A stretch of 64,000 nt of DNA. Origin: Zootoca vivipara (taxonomy: Eukaryota). The position numbers and the translations under genes were made by a program. Below, one piece after another: positions 1 through 12,420 of the stretch (position 1 is its first letter; every line of letters starts with the position of its first letter). A model generated the notes under the pieces. The model had not been told where the DNA came from. It ran no database searches and worked only from the letters and a program-made list of their open reading frames with translations. The stretch covers positions 4,092,001 to 4,156,000 of the forward strand of contig NC_083294.1 of the NCBI RefSeq assembly GCF_963506605.1, in the 5' to 3' direction.

Positions 1-77
1 AAACTAAATAATACCAAATAGGGGAACGGTGGGTTTAATAAATGAATCAATCTAAATAGGGTAATAATGACTAATAA

Positions 78-111
<34 letters not shown>

Positions 112-1156
112 CCAAATAAGAATGAATGATAAATAGAAATGATTCAACTAAATAATACAAAAAATAAATACATATCTCAGAGGGGAATGGTAGGTCTAAA
201 TAAATGAATAAATCTAAATAATAAGTGATGATGAGTACAGATAATAAATCTAAATAATAATGACTAATCTAAATAAAAATAATAAATCCAAATAATAATA
301 AATGATGAATCTAAATAATAAGGTTTAGGCATAGTTGTTGCAGATCACTGGGGGGACCAAATTTTATAATTATATAGGGGGGTGGATTTGTGAGTGTGGA
401 AGGTGGGAATTAGAAAGAAATAACTAAATAAAATAAGAATGATAATAATATAAACAATGATAAAGAAAAATCAAATTATAACATAATAAATGTAAATGAT
501 AACAAAAATTTAATCTAAATAACAGTATAATTAATAATTATATTGCCCCCAAATTTTGGACATTACAGTATTTTTTAGGGAAAAAACAGTCATACACGAA
601 AAAATACGGCAATCTAAATAATGATAAAGAAAAATATAAATGATAACATAAATAATCTAAATCATGAATCTAAATCTAAAAATGATAAAAATCTAAATGA
701 TAAGTAATATAATAAATGATAATAATAAATTTAAATAATTAATAATAAACATAAATAATAATGAATAAATAATAAATGCAAATAAGTAATAATAAATAAT
801 GTGGAAAGGGAGGAAAAAAGGTGTGGAAATCGGTAATGGCTGAATGGGGGAAATGGACCGAAGGAAAGGAAAAATTCTGGACTGGGGTTGGGGACGGGGA
901 CAGTGTGAATGGTGGAACAATCCAAATGGGAATCCATAAATTATTATTATTATTAGTGGGGAAGTTTGAACGGGAAGGGGGAATCGGCCAAAAACTAGAA
1001 AAAATCTGAGTGGCAAAGGGAAATACCTGAAAAGGAAAGGTGGGAAATAATAGCCATATCTAGAAATCACCGCAAGCAGAAATATATTAGTCCTTGACCA
1101 AATGAGATTTGACCAGTAAGGGGGTCCAGGGTCATCCATCCCATCCCCGGACTTAC

Positions 1157-3122
1157 TGGGCACGAAGCCGGTGTAGAAGGGCATCAGGCCTCCGCTGGTG
1201 TAAATCTTGGTGTTGGGCCAGTAGGTGCGGGGATGGCGCTTCCCAAAGCTGTACATGGGGCTCCGAAGCATTTCCTGCGGGGATGAAAGGGCGAGGCTCA
1301 GGGTTTGGGACCTCAGCGGGTCATTTAGGCTGACCCGCCCTGGGTCCGGGCTTTGAAATCCTGGAACCCGAGGCAGCAAAGGGACATTATCCGCTCGGAA
1401 ACGGATAAATTGATGCACGCCATCGCCAGCCGTGGGAGTTGCAGCACGCACCTGGTTGCGGTCAAACTCGTTCATGGCGTCCTTCACCCCCGTCAGATAG
1501 TTTTCGCCCATGATCCAGGGGAAGCGAGGGATGTAGCCTGTGTAGCCTGCAACGAGGGGAGGAAATCCCCACAAGGAGAAATGATCCAGGGGAAGCGAGG
1601 GGTGTAGCCTGCAATGAGTTAAGGATAGTTCTGGGCGGGGTAAGGGCCTTTGAGCAATTAGTCCCCGTAAGGAGAAATCTGAAAATCCCCACAAGGAGAA
1701 ATGATCCGGGGGAAGCCTGTTATGAGGGAAGTATAATTCTGGGGGTGTGAGGGTCGGGGAGGGTTCCCTCGAAACCAGCATTTGGGCCCCGTGCAGGGCT
1801 CCCTTGTAACTACCACTATGAGTTCACGGCGCAGCCCAGAAGCTGCTGGGTTCCTTTATCTGCGCTGGACTTGAAGCGACTACTCCCCGCAAGGGGAAAT
1901 CTAGAAACCCCACAAGGAGAAATGATGCAGGGGAAGCGAGGGATGTAGCCCGCAATGAGGGAAGGATAGTTCGGGGGGGTGAGGGCTGGGGAGGGCTCCC
2001 TCAAAACTAGCATTTTCGGCCCTGAAACTACCACTACGAGTTCACAGTGGAGCCCAGAAGCTGCCGGGTTCCTTTGGCTGCACTTGGCTTTGAACGATTA
2101 GTCCCCGCGAAGAGAAATCTAGAAATCCCTGCAAGGAGACAGGATCCAGGGGAAGTGAGGGGTGTAGCCTGCAATCAGGGAAGAATAGTTTGGGGGGGTG
2201 AGGGCCGGGGAGGGCTCCCTCGAAACTACCACTACGAGTTCACAATGGAGCCCAGAAGCTGCCGGGTTCCTTTAGCTGCGCTTGCCTTTGAGCAAGCGAA
2301 ACCCCCCACAAGGAGAAATATAGGAATCCCCGCAAGGAGAAATCTAGAAACTCCCGCAAGGCTTGGCCTGAAGCCCTGGAGGCGGCTGGTTTCAGAAAGA
2401 AGGTATAGCTCTGTGGGCGGAAGGTGGGGCTTCCCCAGGAAGGGGTGGATCCGGTACCTTACCCGAGATAGCCTTCCGCTGGATCAGGTTGGGCGTGTCC
2501 ATCTTGGGTGTGCGATCGAATCGACAAACGTCCGACGTCTCGGTGGCCAGCGGGAGGGGTGTGCCCTCGATCCGGGTTGGCTGGGGGGCGGAGAGAGGGT
2601 GGGGTCAGCAGGGAGCTCCGCCCTCCCCAAACCCCGCCGCTTCTGACACTGTTGTCGCATGTTTTGCGGAAACGAGATTCCAGAGGGGGGTGTTTAGGTT
2701 CACATTTGAACCAGGGACCCGGGCTTACCTCCTCGCTCCCTGCGCCGCCTCCGCTGCACGGGACGGCCCTCCAGCCCTGCCCACAAATCAGGGACATCCC
2801 CGGGTCGCAGGGCTGCCCCCGGTCCCGGCCACACACCAGCGCCACGTCCGGGTGGCACAAGTACATCTTCGAATCTGGGTTCAAGTCTGCACCGGTGAGC
2901 GCCGGGTGCAAGTCTGCGCCGGCCGACGAGGCAAACTGGCGCCAGCCGGGCCCGCAGGCGAGGCGGATGCCCGGGTGGCAGGAGGGGGTGTCTTTGCCTG
3001 GCGGCGGCACCCGCACACATGGTCGGTTGCCTTGTGGGGGAAACGTAGTGCGTGGCGGCACCCGGCCTGGAATGGGAATGCAGCCCTGGTAAGGGACAAA
3101 GCCTGAAAGAGAAGTGTCAGAG

Positions 3123-3159
<37 letters not shown>

Positions 3160-6100
3160 TTTTAATATTTAGTCATAATAATTGTGTAATAATAATATTC
3201 AGGAATAAAAAATATTCCGCTAAAATAAATTAAAAATAATAATATTCAGTAATAATAATTGTGAAATTATAATATTCAGTAATAGGGGGGCATTTATACA
3301 TGGGGGCGTCCTATAGACGAAAAAATACGATATATAGAGGGGGGATGGAGANNNNNNNNNNNNNNNNNNNNNNNNNNNNNNNNNNNNNNNNNNNNNNNNN
3401 NNNNNNNNNNNNNNNNNNNNNNNNNNNNNNNNNNNNNNNNNNNNNNNNNNNNNNNNNNNNNNNNNNNNNNNNNNNNNNNNNNNNNNNNNNNNNNNNNNNN
3501 NNNNNNNATGTCCAACTCTTCGTGACCCCATGGACCATAGCACGCCAGGCACTCCTGTTTTGCACTGCCTCCCGCAGTTGTGTCAAACTCATGTTCGTAG
3601 CTTCGAGAACACTGTCCAACCATCTTGTCCTCTGTCGTCCCCTTCTCCTAGTGCCCTCAATCTTTCCCAACATCAGGGTCTTTTCCAGGGAGTCTTCTCA
3701 TGAGGTGGCCAAAGTATTGGAGCCTCAAGTTCACGATCTGTCCTTCCAGTGAGCACTCAGGGCTGATTTCCTTCAGAATGGATAGGTTTGATCTTCTAGC
3801 AGTCCATGGGACTCTCAAGAGTCTCCTCCAGCACCATAATTCAAAAGCATCAATTCTTCGGCGATCAGCCTTCTTTATGGTCCAGCTCTCACTTCCATAC
3901 ATCACTACTGGGAAAACCATAGCTTTAACTATACGGACCTTTGTAGGCAAGGTGATGTCTCTGCTCTTTAAGATGCTGTCTAGGTTTGTCATTGCTTTTC
4001 TTCCCAAGAAGCAGGCAAGGTGATGTCTCTGCTTTTTAAGATGCTGTCTAGGTTTGTCATTGCTTTTCTCCCAAGAAGCAGGCGTCTTTTAATTTCGTGA
4101 CTGCTGTCACCATCTGCAGTGATCAAGGAGCCCAAGAAAGTAAAATCTCTCACTGCCTCCATTTCTTCCCCTTCTATTTGCCAGGAGGTGATAGGACCAG
4201 TGGCCATGATCTTGGTTTTTTTGATGTTGAGCTTCAGACCATATTTTGCGCAATCTTAATTCCTGCTTGGGATTCATCTAGTCCAGCCTTTCGCATGATG
4301 AATTCTGCATATAAGTTAAATAAGCAGGGAGAAAGGAGTACGACAAGGTTGTATATTGTCTCCCTGCTTATTTAACTTATATGCAGAATTCATCATGCGA
4401 AAGGCTGGACTAGATGAATCCCAAGCAGGAATTAAGATTGCCGGAAGAAATATCAACAACCTCAGATATGCAGATGACACAACCTTGATGGCAGAAAGTG
4501 AGGAGGAATTAAAGAACCTTTTAATGAGGGTGAAAGAGGAGAGCGCAAAATATGGTCTGAAGCTCAACATCAAAAAAACCAAGATCATGGCCACTGGTCC
4601 TATCACCTCCTGGCAAATAGAAGGGGAAGAAATGGAGGCAGTGAGAGATTTTACTTTCTTGGGCTCCTTGATCACTGCAGATGGTGACAGCAGTCACGAA
4701 ATTAAAAGACGCCTGCTTCTTGGGAGAAAAGCAATGACAAACCTAGACAGCATCTTAAAAAGCAGAGACATCACCTTGCCGACAAAGGTCCGTATAGTTA
4801 AAGCTATGGTTTTCCCAGTAGTGATGTATGGAAGTGAGAGCTGGACCATAAAGAAGGGTGATCGCCGAAGAATTGATGCTTTTGAATTATGGTGCTGGAG
4901 GAGACTCTTGAGAGTCCCATGGACTTCTAGAAGATCAAACCTATCAATTCTTAAGGAAATCAGCCCTGAGTGCTCCCTGGAAGGACAGATCGTGAAGCTG
5001 AGGCTCCAATACTTTGGCCACCTCATGAGAAGAGAAGAATCCTTGGAAAAGACCCTGATGTTGGAAAAGATTGAGGGCACTAGGAGACGGGGACGACAGA
5101 GGACAAGATGGTTGGACAGTGTTCTCGAAGCTACGAACATGAGTTTGACCAAACTACGGGAGGCAGTGCAAGACAGGAGTGCCTGGCGTGCTATGGTCCA
5201 TGGGGTCACGAAGAGTCGGACACGACTAAACGACTAAACAACAACAACAAGCAGGGAGACAAAATACAACCTTGTCGTACTCCTTTCCCAATTTTGAACC
5301 AATCAGTTGTTCCATATGCAGTTCTAACTGTAGCTTCTTGTCCCACATAGAGATTTCTCAGGAGGCAGATGAGGTGATCAGGCACTCCCATTTCTTTAAG
5401 AACTTGCCATAGTTTGCTGTGGTCGACACAGTTAAAGGCTTTTGCATAGTCAATGAAGCAGAAGTAGACGTTTTTCTGGAACTCTCTAGCTTTCTCCATA
5501 ATCCAGCACATGTTTGCTATTTGGTCTCTGGTTCCTCTGCCCCTTCGAAATCCAGCTTGCACTTCTGGGAGTTCTCCGTCCACATACTGCCTAAGCCTGC
5601 CTTGTAGAATTTTAAGCATAACCTTGCTAGCGTGTGAAATGAGCGCAATTGTGCGGTAGTTGGAGCATTCTTTGGCACTGCCCTTCTTTGGAATTGGGAT
5701 GTAGACCGATCTTCTCCAATCCTCTGGCCATTGCTGAGTTTTCCAAACTTGCTGGCATATTGGGTGTAGCATCTTAACAGCATCATCTTTTAAAATTTTA
5801 AATAGTTCAGCTGGAATATCATCACTTCCACTGGCCTTGTTATTAGCAGTGCTTTCTAAGGCCCATTTGACTTCACTCTCCAAGATGTCTGGCTCAAGGT
5901 CAGCAACCACACTACCTGGGGTGCACGAGACCTCTATATTTTTGTGTATTCTTGCCACCTCTTCTTGATGTCTTCTGCTTCTGTTAGGTCCTTACCACTT
6001 TTGGCCTTTATTATGGTAATCTTTGTACGAAATGTTCCTTTCATATCTCCAATTTTCTTGAACAGATCTCTGGTTTTCCCCATTCTATTGTTTTCCTCTA

Positions 6101-9100
6101 TTTCTTTGCATTGCTCATTTAAGAAGGCCCTCTTGTCTCTCCTTGCTATTTTTTGGAAATCTGCATTCAGTTTCCTGTATCTTTCCCTATCTCCCTTGCA
6201 TTTTGCTTGCCTCCTCTTCCCCGCTATTTGTAAGGCCTCATTGGACAGCCATTTTGCTTTCTTGCATTTCCTTTTCCTTGGGATGGTTTTCGTTGCTGCC
6301 TTCTGTATAATGTTACGAGCCTCCATCCATAGTTCTTCAGGCACTCTGTCCACCAAATCTAAATCCTTAAACCTGTTCCTCACTTCCACTGTGTATTCAT
6401 AAGGGATTTGATTTAGATTGTATCTTACTGGCCCAGTGGTTTTTCCTACTTTCTTCAGTTTAAGCTGGAATTTTGCTATAAGAAGCTGATGATCTGAGTT
6501 ACAGTCAGCTCCAGGTCTTGTTTTTGCTGACTGTGTAGAGCTTCTCCATCTTTGGCTGCAGAGAATATAATCAATCTGATTTCGATTCTTCCCATTTGGT
6601 GATATCCATGTGTAGAGTCGTCTCTTGTGTAGTTGGAAAAGAGTGTTTGTGATGACCAGCTTGTTCTCTTGACAGAACTCTATTAGCCTTTGCTCTGCTT
6701 CATTTTGAACTCCAAGGCCAAACTTGCCAGTTGTTCCTTTTACCTCCTTATTCCCTACTTTAGCATTCCAATCCTCTATAATGAGAAGAACATCCTTCTT
6801 TGGTGTCATTTCTAGAAGGTGTTGTAAGTCTTCATAGAATTGGTCAATTTCAGTTTCTTCAGTACCGGTAGTTGGTGCATAAACTTGGATTACTGTGATG
6901 TTAAAAGGTCTGTCTTGGATTCGTATCGAGATCAGTCTGTCATTTTTGAGATTGCATCCCATTTCAGCTTTCACCACTCTTTTGTTGACTATGAGGGCCA
7001 CTCCATTTCTTCTACGGGATTCTTGCCCACAGTATTACCGGTAGATATGATAGTCATCCGAACTGAATTCGCCCATTCCCTTCCATTTTAGTTCACTGAT
7101 GCCCAGGATGTCGATATTTATTCTTGCCATCTCATTTTTGACCACATCCAGCTTACCATTATCCATGGTTCTTACATTCCAGGTTCCTATGCAATATTTT
7201 TCTTTACAGCATCGGACTTTCCTTTCGCTTCCAGGCATATCCGCAACCGAGCGACCTTTCGGCTTTGGCCCAGCCGCTTCATCAGCTCTGAATCTACTTG
7301 TACTTGTCCTCCGCTCTTCCTCAGTAGCATGTTGGACGCCTTCCGACCTGAGCGGCTCATCTTCCAGCGTCATAACTTTTATATGCCTGTTGTCTTTGCC
7401 CATAGAGTTTTCTTGGCAGGGATACTGAAGTGGCTTGCCATTTCCTTCTCCAGGTGGATCACGTTTAGTCAAAACACTCCACTATGCCCTGTCCATCTTG
7501 GGTGGCCCTGCATGGCATAGCTCATAGCTTCTCTGAGTTATTCAAGCCCCTTCGCCACCACAAGGCATTGATCCATGAAGGGGAGATAGATAGATAGATA
7601 CATGAATAGATATAGAGATAGGTTAGATAGAGAGATATATATAGATAGGTTCGATATATAGAGAGATATATATAGAGATATAGAGGTTAGATAGAGATAT
7701 ACTGTAGATAGATATACATACAGANNNNNNNNNNNNNNNNNNNNNNNNNNNNNNNNNNNNNNNNNNNNNNNNNNNNNNNNNNNNNNNNNNNNNNNNNNNN
7801 NNNNNNNNNNNNNNNNNNNNNNNNNNNNNNNNNNNNNNNNNNNNNNNNNNNNNNNNNNNNNNNNNNNAGATATAGAGACCCACCGGAATACCCCGGGATG
7901 TAGTTTTGGTGCTGGTCCATGCATTGGCTGAATGGCCGGTCACGGCCGGTGAAGTCGCCGACAAATTTAGGCCTGGTCAGCGGTGCCAGGACGGAAACAG
8001 GGCTTTTCTGGACGTTGGGGTCAGTCAGGACGTCACAGGTGATGCGGCCGTAGGGCTTGCCCACCTCGAAGCGGACCTGGGGGTAGAAGCCCGAGTACCT
8101 GGAGAAAAGAGGCGGAAAGTGGGGGGGGGGGAGAAAAAGATACAATAATAATGATAATAATATATTATTTATACCCCACCCATTTGACTGGGTTTCCCCA
8201 GCCACTCTGGGCAGCGTCCAACACAATATTAAAATACAATAATCTATTCAACATGAAACACATCCCTAAAGATGGGAAAATCCAGAGCGGGTGAAGCACG
8301 GCAGGACCCCTGGGCATCATCTAGACCAACCCCGTGGGAAGGAAGCCATCGGGGTGGGTGTCAAATGAGAGAAATGTTATTTATATAAGGATTGCAAGAA
8401 GCTTTTTAAGTTAAGTGATGAAAATCAGCGTAAAGAAGGAATTTTGGAGAGGAATAAGAGTGCTTAAGTACAGGTGAAAATTAGAATATCATTGAAAAGT
8501 GCATTGATTCAATAATGCAACTTACTATTTTTTATTTTTATTTCGAGAAATGCTTTCTTTTGGAAATTCCACAGGAATAAAACAAATCGTTACAATCATA
8601 CAAAAATCGCTATGACATTTCATGAATGACATTCCATTTATAATTGACCCACCTAACGACAAATAATGACAATGACAACAAATAAAAGCTTGACATATCT
8701 TCCTTTGCATGTCTTGAATCTATCTCATAGATTGGTTTCACCTTTTAAGTTGCGTTACTGAAATCAATGCACTTTTGGACGATATTCCAATTTTCTGAGT
8801 TTCACCTTTATATAAAGATTGCAAGAAGCTTTGCAAATTAGATGATAAAACTCAGTGTAAAGAAGGCTTTTTAGAGATGAATAAGAATGTTATAATTTCT
8901 TAAGTAGTGAAAATATAGGAGTTAGTTATAATCGTAAGAAAATCAAAAGGAAGGGTTGAAGTCAGGCTTTTAGCCCTAATGTGTAAAATAAAGGGAAATG
9001 TAATGGAAAATAATGATAATGGTAAAATGAATCAAAATGATTTGGCAAAAATAAGAAATGGTAGATTGTGATCCGCAAAGAAATAGGTAGATCGGCAAAG

Positions 9101-9441
9101 AAATAGGCCTGGCCAAGCTCAAACTGTTTTGGGACTACAACTCCCATCATCCCTAGCAAACGGGACCAGTGGATTATGGGAAATGTAGTCCTGGAGGGCC
9201 ACTCTAGAGAGAAACAAGGCAAAAGAGAATTGAATGGGACCTCTCATAATCATCTAGACCAACCCGCTTTTGGAAACGGCGATTTTTATTTATTTATTGC
9301 GCATAAATAGTGCATATATCACTCCCTCCCTACCTCTCTCTGATTAGAGACCCTCCCCACCCCCAAATTTGGGGCTCAAACTCACCCTGGAATGTAATAT
9401 GGTTCCTGCGGGAAAAACTTCCCTTTCTGAGCAGCCGCCAT
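1157..9441 (-). CDS. FAM166A: Ciliary microtubule inner protein 2A (FAM166A), partial; terminal exon(s) lie left of the window
   Basis: Exons 9441-9386 (MAAAQKGKFFPQEPYYIPG), 8098-7884 (YSGFYPQVRFEVGKPYG...YIPGYS), 3102-2729, 2580-2463 (PKMDTPNLIQRKAISG), 1546-1452 (GYTGYIPRFPWIMGENY...EFDRNQ), 1274-1157 (GLMPFYTGFVP). All GT-AG with consistent phases. Repeated PGY/GFVP motifs are typical of FAM166. Confidence 0.9.
1510..2360. repeat. Degenerate tandem repeat derived from the FAM166A exon 5 acceptor and exon start
   Basis: Recurring units such as ccccacaaggagaaatgatccaggggaagcgagggatgtagcctgcaa at ~1565, ~1685, ~1910 and ~2130. Confidence 0.85.
3352..3507. other. Assembly gap
   Basis: Run of N. 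Confidence 1.
3508..4332 (-). mobile_element. BovB (RTE) LINE 3' portion with a ~65-bp internal duplication and a ~110-bp deletion; continues the 5249-7583 element
   Basis: ORF fragments [25 protein letters not shown] and [11 protein letters not shown]. Duplication at ~3945-4080, deletion at ~4250. Confidence 0.9.
4333..5248 (+). mobile_element. 5'-truncated BovB LINE (RT C-terminus with (CAA)n tail) inserted antisense into another BovB
   Basis: ORF 4356-5237 contains NNLRYADD. Tail aacaacaacaa. Flanking direct repeat AAGCAGGGAGA at 4322-4332 and 5249-5259. Confidence 0.9.
5249..7583 (-). mobile_element. BovB LINE 5' portion (APE endonuclease and RT N-terminus), frameshifted
   Basis: ORFs 7035-7472 (IGTWNVRTM), 5934-7001 (QVYAPT, NQIDYIL, SDHQLL) and 5206-5958 ([18 protein letters not shown]). 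Confidence 0.92.
7725..7867. other. Assembly gap, preceded by a (GATA/TA)-rich microsatellite
   Basis: Run of N. Confidence 1.
8471..8808. mobile_element. Tc1/mariner-derived non-autonomous element (MITE)
   Basis: Imperfect terminal inverted repeats caggtgaaaattagaatatc...gcaactta and taagttgc...gatattccaattttctgagtttcacctt, with TA on both sides. Confidence 0.7.
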
Positions 9442-10389
9442 CTTAACCTGGCACCTTTGGGTGTTGGGGGTGGCTGGGTGGGCCCTGACTTCTCTGGGGT
9501 GCAGGCTGCCTCCTGGGGGCAGCTGGGCTCGCCGGCGGCGACCATTGTGAAGCCGGCGTGTGTGACATCGGCGGGCAGGCATTCAACAGGCCAAGCTAGT
9601 GGGAGAAATGGCTTTTTCCTGGCCAGATTTCTCCCATAAATTAATGGGAAATTTAGATTTAAATGCAGACGGGCCGAAATCGCAAGGGTGCAGCTAGATG
9701 GGCAGGCGAAAGCTGTGCTTTCCCAGGCGGGAATCTCACCAGTGCAGCTCTAAGAAACTCATTTCTAAAGGAGAAAAAGAGGCCTGAGCAACGGCACTTC
9801 CGCCTGCGGGGATGGGCTTTGGTTTGCTGGTGGAAAGGCCGTTTTCTACGCAATCCCTGCCTGCAGAAAAGCAGGAGCTCCAGGTTGTTGCGCAGGATCA
9901 ACAGGAGGGATGGAAAAAGGGTCCCAGGGTCATCTAGCCTCGCCCACGAGAAAGCAGGAACTGTGGAGCTACGAAACGAGGGATGGGCCTTGACGTTTTT
10001 AGGCTTTGGGAAGGCAGAGACCCCACTGACCTCACACTCGGGGCTGAGCCGTTCCCTCGGGGCGCCGGACATTTCCCAGGATATAAATACCCGCCGGAGG
10101 GGAGGCCGAAACCCAATAATAATTCGGCTCTGGGGGGAAGGGGGGAGGAATTCACAGGATTGTAGAACGACAGAAAGGGTCCTCAAATCATAGAACGGTT
10201 GAGCTGGAAAGGTACACCTGTGGCCATCTAGGCTGACCCCAGCTGTCCCAATGGTCCCTCCAAAGCTCCCAAGGAAGGAGGGAGGCCTGGGATTTGAATC
10301 CGCACCCGGTTCTTAATAGGCATCGATCCGGGGTTGGGGACCCCCCCTCTCATTTAGCCCTCCCTCCCTCCCTCCTGTTACCCCCACTC

Positions 10390-10860
10390 ACTTTCCCCAC
10401 CCTTTCACTTTCTTGCCTCCCCCTTCCCCCAGTTCTGTCAATAGCTCCTCCCTTCCCTCCAATTTCCCCATCAATCCCCCCTCCCTCGCAGTTCCCCTGT
10501 CAATCATCCCCCTTCTCTCCATATCCCCTGTCAATCTCCCCCAGTTCCCCCCAATTTTCCATCAATCTCACCCAATATTCCTCCATTTCTCCTGTCAATC
10601 TCCCCCCAAATTCCCCCCAATTTCCCTCCATTTCCCCTGTCAATCTCCCCCCAAATTTCCATCGATCTCACCCAATTTCCCCTGTCAATCTCCCCCCAAA
10701 TTTCCTCAATTTCCCCTGTCAATCTCCCCTCCCCCCCAAATTTCCCCCATCGCCCCTGTCAATCTCTCCCCATTTTGCCCCCTCCCTCCATTTCCCCTGT
10801 CAATCTCCGTCCAATTCCCCCCCGTCAATCTCACCCTCCCCCCCTTCCATTTTCCCACCC
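10390..10860. repeat. C-rich minisatellite, unit approximately cccctgtcaatctccccccaaattt
   Basis: About 10 copies of (CT)GTCAATC visible. Confidence 0.85.
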
Positions 10861-10917
10861 TCCCTGCTCCCCGCCCCTCCCTCCCCTCCGCGCCGAGCCG
10901 CGCCTCTCCGGCTCCGG

Positions 10918-10948
10918 CGTGGGAAAAAACGACCGAGACTTTCCCACG
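10918..10948. promoter_or_regulatory. RBPJ/CSL sequence-paired site (SPS), candidate Notch enhancer of NRARP
   Basis: CGTGGGAA (10918-10925), 15-bp spacer, TTCCCACG (10941-10948), head-to-head, in a CpG-rich patch 4.4 kb upstream of the NRARP ATG. Confidence 0.8.
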
Positions 10949-11018
10949 CTCTCCGACTCATGCTAATGAGCCCCGCCGGCGGACCCGCCCCCGGGACCCG
11001 CCCCCCGCCCGGCCGTGC

Positions 11019-11028
11019 CCATATAAGG
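11019..11028. promoter_or_regulatory. CArG box (SRF site)
   Basis: CCATATAAGG matches CC(A/T)6GG exactly, 70 bp from the paired site. Confidence 0.55.
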
Positions 11029-11299
11029 AAGCGCCTGCCAGGAGCGCTTTGCCAGGGAATGAATGGGAGCGCGCTGGAGCGGATTAATGAATGAATGAAT
11101 CAATTCTAGGGGAAAGGTGGGGGGGGGGAGGCGGCTGAATGGCCTTTTTAAAGCCCCCCCTCAAAGATCCAGTCCATTTTCCCAGGCCTAGACACCCCAC
11201 AAAAGTCCCTTTTTAAAATGGGGGTGGGGGTGGGGAATAGATAAGATAGGTAGCAGTTGAAGAGAAAAGGGGATATATTTGAAAAACTGAGCATCAAAC

Positions 11300-12420
11300 A
11301 AGCCATCGGTGGAAGAGGAAAATTAAGAAATGAATAAAAAAGTCAAAAATAAAATAAAATTTTACTTGTGCTTGGAGAAATTAGTGTTTATTGTTTTATG
11401 TAAGTTTGTATATATGTATGTATGTATTGTCTAAATTTCTAATAAATAGTTAAATTTAAAAAGGAAAAAGGAATAAAATAATTATAATAATTATAAAATA
11501 AAAACTCCCTGAAAAAGGGAGGGGGGATAGGAAGAAATGGGGATTAGGAAAGAAAGTGAGGCAGGAGGAAAACCTTTGAAAATTAATAAAAAGTCAAATA
11601 ATAATAAAAAAGTCCCTGCAAAAGGTGGGTGGGGGATAGAAAGGAATGGGAGTTGAAAAGGAGAAATAAAGTGGGGAATATTTTACAATTAAAACATGGA
11701 AGGGGAAAGAAAGGGAGGCAGGAGGGAACCACTTGAATATTAATAAAATAATTATAATAATAATAAAATTAAAAGTCTCTGAAAAAGGAGGGGGGATAGG
11801 AAGAAATCAGTTGAAAAGGAGAAATAAAGTGGGGAATATTTTGTAGTTAAAACATCAATGCAAGAGGAAATAGCAAGGCAGGAGGGCGACATTAAAAATT
11901 TGAATAAAATGTTAAATAAGAATAAAATAAAAAGTCCCTGAAAATGGAGGGGCGGGGCTAGAAAGAAATCAATAGTTGAAAAGGAGAAATAAAGTGGGGA
12001 AATTTTTATAATTAAAACATCCTTGGAAGAGGAAAGAGAGCGATGCAGGAGGGAGATCTTTTTTTTAAAAAAAAAAATGTTTTAAAAGTCCCCGAAACAA
12101 AAGGGGGAACCGAGGCCAGGAGTTGAAAAGGAGAAAAGAAAGTCAGAATTTTATTAAATAAAAAATTGAAAGTCCCTTAAAAAGGGGGACAGGAAAAGAT
12201 TAAAAAATTAATAAAATGTTTTAAAAGGCTCTGGAAAAAAGGGGGAATAGAAAGAAGCCAGAATAAAGTTGGAAATATTGAAAAATAATAAAAAGGGCCA
12301 CCAGTGGAAGCCAGGAGGAGAACATTGGAAAATTAATAAAGTCCCGGGAAAAAGGGAGAGAAATGAAAATGAGAAACTCTGGGAAAGTCAGATTTCTTAA
12401 AAAAATTAAAATACAAAAAA
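11300..12420. repeat. Purine/AT-rich degenerate tandem repeat
   Basis: Recurring aaaagtccctgaaaaaggagggggatagg...agttgaaaaggagaaataaagtgggga. Confidence 0.7.

Noticed and set aside
693-1781. 362-aa ORF as a single protein
   Set aside because: It is read-through of two FAM166A exons plus intronic repeat and low-complexity sequence
2459-2728. C-terminal part of ORF 2459-3061 as coding
   Set aside because: It crosses an intron; the real exon 2580-2463 is in another frame (NLIQRKAISG)
5249-7583. Active autonomous BovB
   Set aside because: Frameshifts near 7030 and 5940, a nested insertion and a deletion in the RT region
10294-11094. Pro-rich 266-aa ORF
   Set aside because: Translation of the C-rich minisatellite
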